A stretch of 64,000 nt of DNA. It comes from an uncultured Gemmatimonadota bacterium (lineage in GTDB: Bacteria > JAAXHH01 > JABIQT01). The notes beneath the pieces are model-generated. The model was not told the origin of the DNA, made no database searches, and was given only the letters and a program-made list of their open reading frames with translations. Made by a program: the position numbers and the translations under genes. Of this stretch, positions 37,534 through 47,310 are shown one piece after another; the first letter of the stretch is position 1; the number at the start of each line of letters is the position of its first letter. Location: NCBI GenBank assembly GCA_964470965.1, contig CAYYIS010000005.1, positions 88,057 through 152,056 of the forward strand, read 5' to 3'.

Positions 37534-38721
37534 TTAAATCAACAATCTGCGTTTCGAAATATTCTTGCGCGATACTTCGGATCGGACACCACCGATGACG
37601 TATGAATCGCTTAATAAACGATAGAACAACTCCCGGTCGGCTCCTCGGACAACCGCTTTCTCATGGGCCTCGGACAGGACAATCGGATATCCCTTTCCTT
37701 TTTCCACCTGGTCGCACACCGTGGCATGAACAAGATCCAAGAGTTTCGAATCCTGGGCCACCCATTCGGGTATTTCCACTCGGGCCACTTCGAAGCCCAC
37801 ATTAACATAGAAGAAATAAATTCGATGACGACCATATTCCTTCAGTATTTCGGATGTACTGCGGAACAGCACGGAACGGTCTCCAGGATTGTGGAGCACC
37901 CGCCCGAAGAGCACGCGGTCCGTCAAGCCTTCGATCACGGTGCAGGGAGGCCTGTCCGGATGGAGCGTGTGCTGCGGGCAGGCGTCGCAGGCCGGGACCT
38001 CATCTTCGGGGCACAGCCCCACGCGCAGGGCGTTGACTACATCCGCACTGTTGGGACTGCTGATGTACCCGGCCACCGGAACCCCCGCGTCGGCAAACCG
38101 ATCGAAGGCGCCCATCGTCTCTTTTAGCATCGGAATTTTGAAGTCGTCCGGCTTTCCTTCCAGCGTCCAGTCGATCAGGGTTCCATCGGACATACCCACC
38201 GCTTTCGTACGTGAGTCGGGAATTTCGTCTATCAAATCCGCCAGTGTCGTCAATTCCATCACACCGCGCCGGATCCCCACAACTTCGGCATTGATAGGTA
38301 TTCGCTTGCCGCTCCATTCCACATACAAATCGTCTTCATTGAAAAACAAACTCGGCTTGCTGGCAAGGATAGGACGTTCTCTGGTGCCATAGTGAATTAC
38401 GATGGTTCCGATGTTTATGAGATAGCAGTTAGACACTTCATGGCGATCCGGAAATAGCTGAGAGCCGTCCGTCGCCAGCAGCGTGATCTGGGCCGGGCGT
38501 TCGGGACGTTGTCTATGAATCGTCATCGGTTCAAGTATTTCGCCCACCAGCCAGCCGGGTTTGCTGCGTCCAATCTTTTCAGCAAGGAATCGCCAGTCCA
38601 CTGTCCAGCGCCGGGCTTCCTGGTACGCCCTTTCCAGTTTATTTCCGGAAGCACGCTGCACGGAATGTTGCTCCCGGACCATGATGCTAATCTGCTGTTT
38701 TGTCGCTATGTGATCAAGCAT
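37534..38721 (-). CDS. NurA-like RNase-H-fold nuclease
   Basis: 395 aa. LLATDGSQ (first DGS motif) at about residue 95. Acidic E about 70 aa later. Second DG[ST] motif VGMSDGTLIDW. C-terminal His (SEAHEK). Spacing resembles the NurA D-E-D-H catalytic arrangement. No Walker motifs. 22 nt upstream of the HerA-N-like gene on the same strand. Confidence 0.45.
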   Translation of the reverse strand: MLDHIATKQQISIMVREQHSVQRASGNKLERAYQEARRWTVDWRFLAEKIGRSKPGWLVGEILEPMTIHRQRPERPAQITLLATDGSQLFPDRHEVSNCYLINIGTIVIHYGTRERPILASKPSLFFNEDDLYVEWSGKRIPINAEVVGIRRGVMELTTLADLIDEIPDSRTKAVGMSDGTLIDWTLEGKPDDFKIPMLKETMGAFDRFADAGVPVAGYISSPNSADVVNALRVGLCPEDEVPACDACPQHTLHPDRPPCTVIEGLTDRVLFGRVLHNPGDRSVLFRSTSEILKEYGRHRIYFFYVNVGFEVARVEIPEWVAQDSKLLDLVHATVCDQVEKGKGYPIVLSEAHEKAVVRGADRELFYRLLSDSYVIGGVRSEVSRKNISKRRLLI

Positions 38722-38978
38722 AGGCCTGCGCCGCCGTTCCGTATATGTGGGGTGTTATCGTCTTATGATACTACCTGACAGAAATTTCCAAAAGACCAAA
38801 CACCTTATAACTAAACATTTGTATCGTGGATGTCAAGGAATTTATGCCTGAGCTTCTGTCGCCCAGTGGGTTACGGTCCATTTCCTCCAGGGCATTTTGC
38901 ATTTCATTAGGGGCCGAAAGCGGTAGTTCCTGCTTGACAGTAAACGGACACGCACATACACTTACGCTACGGAAGGAG

Positions 38979-40448
38979 ATGCCTTTGAGCCAGGCCGATG
39001 ATGCGTCTTCGCATAACCAATGGAAAGGGCTGCTGCTGTGGCCTCTGGTCGTCGCTGTCTTGTTCGTACTGCCGTCCCTCAACGACGGTCTTGTGTCGGA
39101 CGATTATGAATTGATCGCAGAAGGCACCATCAGGACATCCGATCACATACTGGAGGCTTTGACAGAATCCGGTATGGCGGGGTTTTATCGTCCGGTTCCG
39201 AGACTTCTTCTGGGAATTAATCGGGCGATCCACGGTTTGCACCCGTTCGGCTACCATTTCATCAATGCGCTTGTACATGCGGCAGTGGTGATAGTCCTGG
39301 TGAAGCTGCTGTCCACGGTAACCGCAGGGACCGCCGTTCCGCTGATCGCCGGGGTGCTGTTCGCCGGGCATTTTGTGCATGTAGAACCGGTGTACTGGGT
39401 CTCTGCCCGAAACGAACTGCTGGCTGCCCTGCTGTACTTGGCTGCCCTATTGTGTATCACGCGAGAAGCGAAACGCTTAAGGATCGCGGCGCTTGCGGTT
39501 TTTTTTCTGGCGCTGCTCACGAAGGAGACAGCCGTTACCCTGCCGTTTACAGTGGTTCTGGTGACTATTTATAGGATAGGTGGGTCATATGCTGAGAGAA
39601 TCCGGTGTGGGTTGCGCTCCGGTCTGCCCTTCGCGGGTGTACTCGGTGTTTATGGGCTGTTGAGGTGGAGCGCTGGCGCCGACTGGCCCTGGTCCAGTCG
39701 GGGAGTCGGATTCGGTATCGACCCGTATCTGATCGTAAAAAACATCGAGCAATACACCGTGCAGCTTTTGGTGCCGGTCCGATCGCTTATGGACCTTCAA
39801 TCCATAGATACCTACGGCGCCGTAACTGCCGCCGTCCGTTCCGACGGTTCAGATGCCGGGATCTGGCCATGGTTGTTGCTCGGAGCAGTCCTGCTGATCG
39901 CCGGGATCTGGATAGCCATTCGGATCGGGGGGAATTCGGCTGCCGCCGGACTCGTTTTCACCGCCACAACCGCGCTGCCGTTCCTCTTTATGGATAACAC
40001 CGGACTCCGATATATGTATCTACCTTCTGCAGGATTTGTATTGACTGTCGCGGCCTGTCTGACCGGCCTGGCAGGCCGCTGGACCGACGCCACACAGGGT
40101 GAAGTGATTCAATGGTGGCTCCTTCGTGTCATTGTATGTATATTGCTGCTGTTATCATTGGAACAAACGCGCTGGTGGGATGAAGCTGGTAGGTTGTGCG
40201 CTTCGACGGTCGACCGTGTTCTGACTCATGCGGCAACCGTTCCGACCGGCACAGGGCTCTACGTATTCGATATACCGCGCCGGCTACACGGCGCCTATGT
40301 GTTTCATAACGGTTTCGAAGAGGCCGTTCGTATGAATAACCCCGGTAGTTCGCGTTCCATACTAGACGGTGAACGCATGCTGGAACAGGAAGGCGTCCTG
40401 CCGGATGGAATCATGATATTCCGGCTGAACGAGCCAGTAGCCAAATGA
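38979..40448 (+). CDS. Polytopic membrane protein, GT-C-fold glycosyltransferase-like (PMT/ArnT/TMTC-type N-terminal module)
   Basis: 10 or more TM helices. First periplasmic loop carries DDYE...FYRPV, reminiscent of the DD/DE + R-P motifs of the GT-C GT39/83 families. Start set at ATG 38979 / TTG 38985 after AAGGAG; the ORF-track start 38826 adds a non-hydrophobic extension. Confidence 0.5.
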   Translation: MPLSQADDASSHNQWKGLLLWPLVVAVLFVLPSLNDGLVSDDYELIAEGTIRTSDHILEALTESGMAGFYRPVPRLLLGINRAIHGLHPFGYHFINALVHAAVVIVLVKLLSTVTAGTAVPLIAGVLFAGHFVHVEPVYWVSARNELLAALLYLAALLCITREAKRLRIAALAVFFLALLTKETAVTLPFTVVLVTIYRIGGSYAERIRCGLRSGLPFAGVLGVYGLLRWSAGADWPWSSRGVGFGIDPYLIVKNIEQYTVQLLVPVRSLMDLQSIDTYGAVTAAVRSDGSDAGIWPWLLLGAVLLIAGIWIAIRIGGNSAAAGLVFTATTALPFLFMDNTGLRYMYLPSAGFVLTVAACLTGLAGRWTDATQGEVIQWWLLRVIVCILLLLSLEQTRWWDEAGRLCASTVDRVLTHAATVPTGTGLYVFDIPRRLHGAYVFHNGFEEAVRMNNPGSSRSILDGERMLEQEGVLPDGIMIFRLNEPVAK

Positions 40449-42136
40449 CAGAGCAGAGTACAGACGCCCCCATAGATCTCTCGCTGATCATCGTCAATTA
40501 CAACGTGCGGGGTTTTCTCGAGGCGATGTTGCAATCGGTGGAGCGGGCCTCCGAAGGGCTGCGGGTAGAGACCATAGTGGTGGATAACCATTCCACCGAC
40601 GGCAGCCTCCAGATGATACGGCAGCATTACCCGGATGTCCGGTTGATTGAAAACAAAGAGAACAGGGGGTTCGCCGCAGCAAATAACCAGGCGCTCGAGA
40701 TCTATCGCGGACGATATGCGTGCCTTGTAAATCCGGATGTCTTGCTGCAGGAAAACACGCTACGCGTGATGGTCGAATTAATGGACCGTCAGATGGATGT
40801 GGGGGCGGCCGGATGCAAAATCCTCAACCCGGATGGCTCGCTTCAACTGGCCTGCCGCCGTAGCATCCCGACACCCATGAGCGCTTTTTTTAAACTCACT
40901 GGATTGAGCCGTGTATTTCCGAAAAGTCGGCGCATCGGTGCATACAACATGACTTATCTTGATCCGGATGCAGCGGCTGATGTCGATGCCGTATCCGGTT
41001 CGTTCATGTTTGTCCGGCGGGAGGCGATCGACCAGGTCGGATTGCTGGACGAAACTTTTTTTATGTACGGCGAGGACCTGGATTGGCTCTACCGGATGCG
41101 GCAGTGCGGATGGCGTGTATCTTATGTGCCGGCGACCCGGATCGTGCATTACAAAGGTGAGAGCGCCAAAAAAAGCCGGCGACGGCCTTCATTCGAGTTC
41201 TACCGGGCCATGCATATCTTCGCGCAGAAACACCGCCCGAACCAGGGCGCTCTGCTTCTGACTGTTCTGGTCAACGGGATCGTAACGTTGGGTATCGTAA
41301 TCAAGGGTGGGCTCTCGTTCGCCGCATCGGGTTTGTGGCGCGGTTGGCTGCCGCTGATCGATCTGGCCACGATCAACATCACACCGCTGGCCGGAACGCT
41401 GATCCGCGTCGGGCACCTGGCACCTCTGACGATGGAAACGTGGGTACCTTACGCCGTCATCCATGGGACATACAGCGTGGTGTGGATGTCCTGCCTGTAC
41501 TTGAGTGGCCTGTACGGACAGCGGCGATTTTCGGCCGCAACTGCGGCCCTCGCGGTGACCGCGGGATTCGTGATCATAGCGGCTTTGAGCTATTATACAC
41601 CGTCTTTTGCTTTCTCCAGAGTGGTCATTCTTCTGGCGTGGATCATGAATGTGACAGTCATCGCGGGCTGGCGACTGGTGATCGGCTCGCTCAACGGAGG
41701 TCAGCGACGGGCGATCATCGTAGGCACCGACCGCACGGGGCGTGCCATCCTTTCGCGGCTTCGCAGCGAGATGCGTTCGGATTACGACATTATCGCGTTT
41801 CTGGCATCGGACCCCCGTATTATCGGAACCATGATTGATGAAGTAAATGTGCTGAATGGTAACGGGAAACTGTCGGACACGCTGAACCGTCATAAAATCG
41901 ATGAGGTGATCGTCGCATCTTCTTCCGTTTCCTATAACGAAATACTGCAACTGGTTTCCTCCTGTACCCGGCTCGGCGTGGGATTGAAGCTGGTTGCAAA
42001 CCTTGATGACACAGAAGGAGCGGCACACCATCTCGAGACGGTGTCCCTGGTGGATGCCGGAAGCGAACCGCAGATTCACTTCCGCAACGCTGTTCGCCGT
42101 TTTCGAAGACGAAGTGAAGGAGTTGATCCCCAATGA
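40445..42136 (+). CDS. GT2 glycosyltransferase fused to a multi-TM + Rossmann-like (WbaP N-terminal/CoA-binding-type) module
   Basis: 563 aa. N-terminal 260 aa is a WbbL-like GT2 (LIIVNYN, VDNHSTDGS, YGEDLDW). Then 4-5 TM helices. C-terminal IIVGTDRTGRAIL...YDIIAFLASD...IDEVIVASSS...GVGLKL resembles the N-terminal domain of polyprenyl glycosyl-phosphotransferases but no catalytic PF02397-type domain follows. 4-nt overlaps with both neighbours. Confidence 0.6.
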   Translation: MTEQSTDAPIDLSLIIVNYNVRGFLEAMLQSVERASEGLRVETIVVDNHSTDGSLQMIRQHYPDVRLIENKENRGFAAANNQALEIYRGRYACLVNPDVLLQENTLRVMVELMDRQMDVGAAGCKILNPDGSLQLACRRSIPTPMSAFFKLTGLSRVFPKSRRIGAYNMTYLDPDAAADVDAVSGSFMFVRREAIDQVGLLDETFFMYGEDLDWLYRMRQCGWRVSYVPATRIVHYKGESAKKSRRRPSFEFYRAMHIFAQKHRPNQGALLLTVLVNGIVTLGIVIKGGLSFAASGLWRGWLPLIDLATINITPLAGTLIRVGHLAPLTMETWVPYAVIHGTYSVVWMSCLYLSGLYGQRRFSAATAALAVTAGFVIIAALSYYTPSFAFSRVVILLAWIMNVTVIAGWRLVIGSLNGGQRRAIIVGTDRTGRAILSRLRSEMRSDYDIIAFLASDPRIIGTMIDEVNVLNGNGKLSDTLNRHKIDEVIVASSSVSYNEILQLVSSCTRLGVGLKLVANLDDTEGAAHHLETVSLVDAGSEPQIHFRNAVRRFRRRSEGVDPQ

Positions 42137-43125
42137 ACGGACCTGTACTGGATTTTGAGAAACCGATCTATGAACTGGAACGGCAGATTGATGAGATGCG
42201 CAGTTTCGCCGTGACGGAGAATATCGATGCCCTAAACGAAGAGGTACAGCGGCTCGAAGGAAAGCTGGAGCGGCTTCGGAAAGATGTTTACTCGAAACTA
42301 ACGCGCTGGCAGCGTGTTCAAATCGCACGCCATCCGGAACGTCCTCATATGCTCGATTATATCGAAGGTATCATGACCGACTTCGTGGAGCTGCATGGCG
42401 ACCGCGCCTTTGGTGACGATAAGGCCATGATCGCCGGCATGGCCAAATTGGACGGCGTGCCGTTGATGGTGATCGGTCATCAGAAGGGCAGTGACACCAA
42501 AGAGAACCTGATGCGTAACTTCGGTATGGCGGGACCGGAAGGGTATCGCAAGGCCCTGCGTGTTGTCAAGCTGGCGGAAAAATTTGAAATGCCGGTACTG
42601 GCGTTCATAGACACGCCGGGAGCCTACCCGGGTGCCGGTGCCGAGGAGCGGGGACAGGCGGACGCTATCGCTAAGATTATTTTCGAAATGGGCAAGCTTA
42701 CGGTGCCGATCATCATCGTCGTGATCGGCGAAGGCGGCAGCGGAGGAGCGCTGGGAATCGGTGTCGGCGACCGGGTGCTTATGATGGAAAACGCTTGGTA
42801 TACCACGATCACGCCGGAGGCATGCTCCACAATCCTATGGAAAGACCAGGAGAAAGCCGCCGCCCGCAAGACCGACTGCGCCGAAGCGCTGCGCCTGACG
42901 GCTGCTGACCTTCTGGAGCTGGGCGTGATCGACCGCATCATTGAAGAACCGATGGGTGGTGCCCACCATGACCATGATGCTGCAAAAGATGCCCTGAAGG
43001 CGGCTATTAAGGTAACCTTTGACGACCTCACTGGAATCCCGGTCGGTCAACTGCTGGCAGAAAGATTGGAAAAATTTAGTTCTATGGGTGCATTTGATGA
43101 GTTGGCGGATGAAGTTGAGGTGTGA
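42133..43125 (+). CDS. accA: Acetyl-CoA carboxylase carboxyltransferase alpha subunit
   Basis: 330 aa. Near-colinear with AccA (MLDYIEGIMTDFVELHGDRAFGDDKAMIAGMAKLDG, FIDTPGAYPG, VIGEGGSGGAL). Confidence 0.9.
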   Translation: MNGPVLDFEKPIYELERQIDEMRSFAVTENIDALNEEVQRLEGKLERLRKDVYSKLTRWQRVQIARHPERPHMLDYIEGIMTDFVELHGDRAFGDDKAMIAGMAKLDGVPLMVIGHQKGSDTKENLMRNFGMAGPEGYRKALRVVKLAEKFEMPVLAFIDTPGAYPGAGAEERGQADAIAKIIFEMGKLTVPIIIVVIGEGGSGGALGIGVGDRVLMMENAWYTTITPEACSTILWKDQEKAAARKTDCAEALRLTAADLLELGVIDRIIEEPMGGAHHDHDAAKDALKAAIKVTFDDLTGIPVGQLLAERLEKFSSMGAFDELADEVEV

Positions 43126-43134
43126 CAGCGACCG

Positions 43135-44463
43135 TCATCCCACCAGCAAAAGTCTAAGATCCATGACATTGGTGCCGGTCGGTCCGGTTATGATAAGGTC
43201 ATTGAGCGGTTTGAAGAAGTGGTAGGAGTCGTTCTCGTTCAAATAGGCCTCCGCCTCCAGTCCCTGCGCCTTAGCCCGGCTGATGGTCTCCCCATCGGCG
43301 ATGGCTCCGGCGGCATCGGTCTGCCCATCAGTACCATCCGTACCGCCGCTTAAAACCACCACATCCTGCAATCCATCAATACCCATAGCCGCCGCAAGCG
43401 TAAACTCCTGGTTTCGTCCCCCCTTTCCCTTTCCCCGTATATTTACCGTAGTCTCTCCGCCGCAGATAATGCAGGCAGGGGCTTGAAACGGATTATCGGA
43501 AGACCGAATCTCCGCCGCAATTGCGGGGAACAACCTGGCCACTTCCCGCGTTTCTCCATCGATCGAACTCGACAGTATCATGGCGTTGAATCCGAGTTTT
43601 TCCGCTTCCTCCTTCGCGGCCAGGAGTGACCGGAAATTGGTCACGATAAGCACGTTCTGTACCCGATCAAACAGGGGATCACCCGGCTTGGGCGTATCAT
43701 CCGCGGTTCCGTTCAGCCCGGCTTTCAGATGGGCACCGACAGACTCAGGAAGCTGTTCCTGCAATCTATATCGCCCGATGATGCGATGGCATTCGGCAAA
43801 GGTGCTGGTATCCGGCACGGTGGGTCCGGATGCGATCACGTCCAGCAGGTCCCCGATCACATCGGACAGGATCAGGCTGACAACTTGCGCCGGCGCCGCA
43901 AGACGGGCGAGCTGGCCGCCTTTGACCTGAGAAATATGTTTGCGCAGGGTGTTCAATTCATTGATCGTAGCACCGCAGTCGAGCAAAAGCTGAGTGGTGG
44001 CCTGTTTCTCCGCCAGCGTCACGCCGGCCACAGGTAGCGGCAACAGGGCGGAACCACCGCCGGAAATCAGGCAAAGCAGAAGGTCACGCTCCGTAAGATT
44101 TTCAAGCAAACCGGTAATTTTCCGGGCGCCGGCCACGCCTGCCTCATCAGGAATGGGGTGCCCGGCTTCCGTAAGATGCACCCGCTGGACCGGCGCCAAG
44201 TGGGCGTATTTCACGTTTACCGCACCCGCGGAAACCCGGTCTCCGAGTATCTCTTCAACCGTCTGAGCCATTACGGCGGAGGCTTTACCAGTGCCAACCA
44301 CAAAAATCCGGTCGATGGCATTCAGATCATAATCCCGGCGATCAACACGAAGACGATCGCCCAGAACCGCAACCTTACGCTGGATTGCTTCCGCCGGATC
44401 AACAGCGGCCAGGCCCTTCTTAAAAATCTGATGTGCGGCTGTTCTCAATGAGGATTCTGACAT
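43135..44463 (-). CDS. Glycerate 2-kinase (MOFRL family)
   Basis: 442 aa. DUF4147/MOFRL architecture with conserved GxGKAS and GGETTV motifs (VVGTGKASAVMA, IICGGETTVNIRGKGKGGRNQE). Confidence 0.8.
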   Translation of the reverse strand: MSESSLRTAAHQIFKKGLAAVDPAEAIQRKVAVLGDRLRVDRRDYDLNAIDRIFVVGTGKASAVMAQTVEEILGDRVSAGAVNVKYAHLAPVQRVHLTEAGHPIPDEAGVAGARKITGLLENLTERDLLLCLISGGGSALLPLPVAGVTLAEKQATTQLLLDCGATINELNTLRKHISQVKGGQLARLAAPAQVVSLILSDVIGDLLDVIASGPTVPDTSTFAECHRIIGRYRLQEQLPESVGAHLKAGLNGTADDTPKPGDPLFDRVQNVLIVTNFRSLLAAKEEAEKLGFNAMILSSSIDGETREVARLFPAIAAEIRSSDNPFQAPACIICGGETTVNIRGKGKGGRNQEFTLAAAMGIDGLQDVVVLSGGTDGTDGQTDAAGAIADGETISRAKAQGLEAEAYLNENDSYHFFKPLNDLIITGPTGTNVMDLRLLLVG

Positions 44464-44490
44464 AGGGAGGGACGATCATCAGACAATGCG

Positions 44491-44739
44491 CTATTCCTTA
44501 GGCTCTTCGGACTTCTTTTCTTTGACTTTGGGAGGCGGAATGGAACGCTGTCGCGGATTCTTCTCTTCATACTCTACGATACGTTGAATTTCATTCTGGT
44601 AACCGTTCACCACGCGTTTGAAATCGCGAATGCCTTTGCCCAATCCCCTAGCAAGATGGGGAATCCGATCCGACCCGAACAAGATAAGGACGATCAGAAA
44701 AATAACCAGCATTTCTCCCGCGCCAATATCAAATATCAC
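44491..44739 (-). CDS. tatA: Twin-arginine translocase subunit TatA/E
   Basis: TM helix + amphipathic helix signature FDIGAGEMLVIFLIVLILFG..LPHLARGLGKGIRDFKR. Likely GTG start at 44739; the ORF-track ATG 44805 adds 22 residues. Acidic/Lys-rich C-tail. Confidence 0.75.
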   Translation of the reverse strand: MIFDIGAGEMLVIFLIVLILFGSDRIPHLARGLGKGIRDFKRVVNGYQNEIQRIVEYEEKNPRQRSIPPPKVKEKKSEEPKE

Positions 44740-45629
44740 AGTGTCATACTCCTCGTAGGAACTATCTTGATTCCAATCCGCATCTTGTGCTATGGAGGTT
44801 ACCAATCAATTTACACACATCCCATCATACCCGCAAGGAAAATGTCGGTCCCGTTCTAACAGCTTGACTTACATCCGCCCGGGCCACTAACTTGTCAGAA
44901 CGTTCGAAACATTCCTCCTGATTCTTGATACAATCATCTACAGGCGCCCACAGACTCTTGATTGGGGGTTCCCCGGTAGAACTTGGATCGAAAAGAGATA
45001 TCCGGTCTGTACGCTTTGGAACGGCGATCGGCATGGCATAGATCGTGGCTGAAGAATAACGAATGCGGTTCGGTCATCAATTCGGTCATCAAACCCTTTG
45101 AGAAAACCCTCGCTATAGCCCATATGGCTATGACCACCGCTTCTTCCCCATGGCGGAAAAATCATTAGAAGCGGCGCGCGAACGCTTTCCGCAGCGCCGC
45201 ACCGGATCTGGCCTTCAACCGCCAGATAGACTGAATTCGGCGCCAGCACACGGCGTCGAGTAGAGGGGACCAACAAAACCTGGATAAGACCGTGGTAGTA
45301 ACGTTAGCGTCATGAGAAATCCCCTCGGTGGACTTGGCCTTCAGGATCGCGGCCACAAATGGGTTTGAGCGAATCCCTTCACACGGGTAGAGTGTCGCGA
45401 CCTAAAAAAGCTGCGATTGGTAAGACTATGGGATTTTGAAGTCGCGTGTTTGTATTTGAAATCAACATCTGATCCAGTTCCGGAATCTGCTTGACTTGAC
45501 GGCCTTCGCGTTTCACATTCCAAGGAAGCCGAAGCGCACAGGAATGCTTGTAATGATATGATACACCCTTAAATTACCCGACTGCCGAAACTGGAATACA
45601 GTCCGATAAAATCAGAATTGGAGGAACAA

Positions 45630-47276
45630 ATGGCAGAGCGTATCTCCGTGTTGTTGATCGAAGACAACCCGATCCATGCCCGATTGATTCAGAACTTACT
45701 GGAAGAATCAACTGCCTCCGTCTTTGATCTTATCTCGGCCGATCGCCTGTCCACAGGGATCGAGCGACTAGACTCCGGCAAAATCGATGTCGTTCTTCTG
45801 GACCTGGTACTGCCGGACAGCCAGGAGATAAACACGCTGGAGCAGGTCCGCGCCGCCGCACCCGAGGTGCCTATCGTCATCCTGACCAGTCTGGATGATG
45901 TAACATTAGCCGCCAAAGCCGTGGAAGAAGGTGCCCAAGATTTTCTGATAAAAACCGAGACCAACAGCCAGACCCTGACCCGATCCATACACTACGCCAT
46001 TGAACGCACCCGGGCACAGAAAGGGGAGTGGGACGCCACCATGTTCCGCCTTGCCCAGCAACAGTTTCTCAAGGCGGCTCAGCTGATGAATCTCGATGTA
46101 AACGTGCAGGAACGCTTGTTGTTCCCGCAGCGGACCCACATCGTGACATTTCCGTTCCGAAGGGATGAGTATGACCAGGTGGAAACGGTCTTCGGTTATC
46201 GCGTGCAGCACCTGCTGACCATGGGACCCACCAAGGGCGGTATCCGATACCATACCGACGTCAACCTCGGCGAAGTTTCAGCGTTAGCCATGTGGATGAC
46301 CTGGAAGTGCGCCCTGATGAACCTTCCCTTCGGTGGCGCCAAAGGAGGCGTTCGCATCGACCCAACCGGACTGTCCCGACGCGAACTGCAACGCCTCACC
46401 CGCCGTTACACATCCGAAATAATAGATATCATAGGACCCGACAAAGACATCCCGGCCCCTGACATGGGCACGGACGAACAGGTCATGGCCTGGCTGATGG
46501 ATACGTACAACCAACAGGTAGGTCATACGGTACCTGGAGTCGTCACCGGCAAGCCGGTGGTCCTTGGCGGATCTCTTGGACGCCGCGAGGCCACGGGTCG
46601 CGGTCTGGTGTACCTGGTCGAAGCGGCCGCGGAACGAACCGGACTGAACCTGAACGGCGCAACTGCCGTAGTGCAGGGCTTCGGAAACGTCGGAAGTAGT
46701 ACCGCGCGTTTTCTGGAGGAAGACGGCACAAAGATACTCGCAGTCAGCGACATGACGACCGGTATCTACAATCCCAACGGCCTATCGGTTCAATCCCTGC
46801 TCGACTACACTGCGGAGAATCGGTTTCTGGAAGGTTATCCGGAAGGTGATGCGATCTCCAATGAAGATCTGCTGGAGTTGGAATGCGATGTACTGGCGCC
46901 CGCGGCACTGCAGAACCAGATCACATCAGCAAATGCAGACCGGGTTAAATGCAAGATCCTCGCTGAAGGCGCCAACGGTCCGACAACGCTGGAGGCGGAT
47001 GAAGTGCTCAACGAAAATGGTGTCTTCATCCTCCCCGATGTGCTGGGCAATGCGGGTGGTGTGACCGTGTCGTATTTCGAGTGGGTTCAGGATACCCAGA
47101 ATTACATGTGGACGCTGAAGGAAATCAACGATCGCCTGCATGCCATTCTTCTGGACGCGTTTGAACGTACCATACACCGAGCGGAGAGCACCGGTTTCGA
47201 CACGCGCACCTCAGCGTTGATCGAAGGTATCCAACGGGTAACCGAAGCCAAACTGCTACGCGGCGTGTTCCCTTAG
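45630..47276 (+). CDS. Response-regulator receiver domain fused to Glu/Leu/Phe/Val-type glutamate dehydrogenase
   Basis: N-terminal 120 aa canonical REC (acidic pair ED, phospho-acceptor Asp in VVLLDLVLPD, Thr in VILTS, Lys in LIKTE). Residues about 150-548 are an intact GDH (KGGIRYH, catalytic GGAKGG, NAD-binding QGFGNVGS). ATG 45630 is preceded by GGAGG; ORF-track TTG 45618 is in frame. Confidence 0.8.
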   Translation: MAERISVLLIEDNPIHARLIQNLLEESTASVFDLISADRLSTGIERLDSGKIDVVLLDLVLPDSQEINTLEQVRAAAPEVPIVILTSLDDVTLAAKAVEEGAQDFLIKTETNSQTLTRSIHYAIERTRAQKGEWDATMFRLAQQQFLKAAQLMNLDVNVQERLLFPQRTHIVTFPFRRDEYDQVETVFGYRVQHLLTMGPTKGGIRYHTDVNLGEVSALAMWMTWKCALMNLPFGGAKGGVRIDPTGLSRRELQRLTRRYTSEIIDIIGPDKDIPAPDMGTDEQVMAWLMDTYNQQVGHTVPGVVTGKPVVLGGSLGRREATGRGLVYLVEAAAERTGLNLNGATAVVQGFGNVGSSTARFLEEDGTKILAVSDMTTGIYNPNGLSVQSLLDYTAENRFLEGYPEGDAISNEDLLELECDVLAPAALQNQITSANADRVKCKILAEGANGPTTLEADEVLNENGVFILPDVLGNAGGVTVSYFEWVQDTQNYMWTLKEINDRLHAILLDAFERTIHRAESTGFDTRTSALIEGIQRVTEAKLLRGVFP

Positions 47277-47310
47277 ATCCACAATTTGATAAACAGGCCC
47301 AGGTGTATTT

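Noticed and set aside
45063-45090. Tandem 12-mer repeat considered as a mini CRISPR/array
   Set aside because: Only two directly abutting copies with no spacers. Not a CRISPR array.
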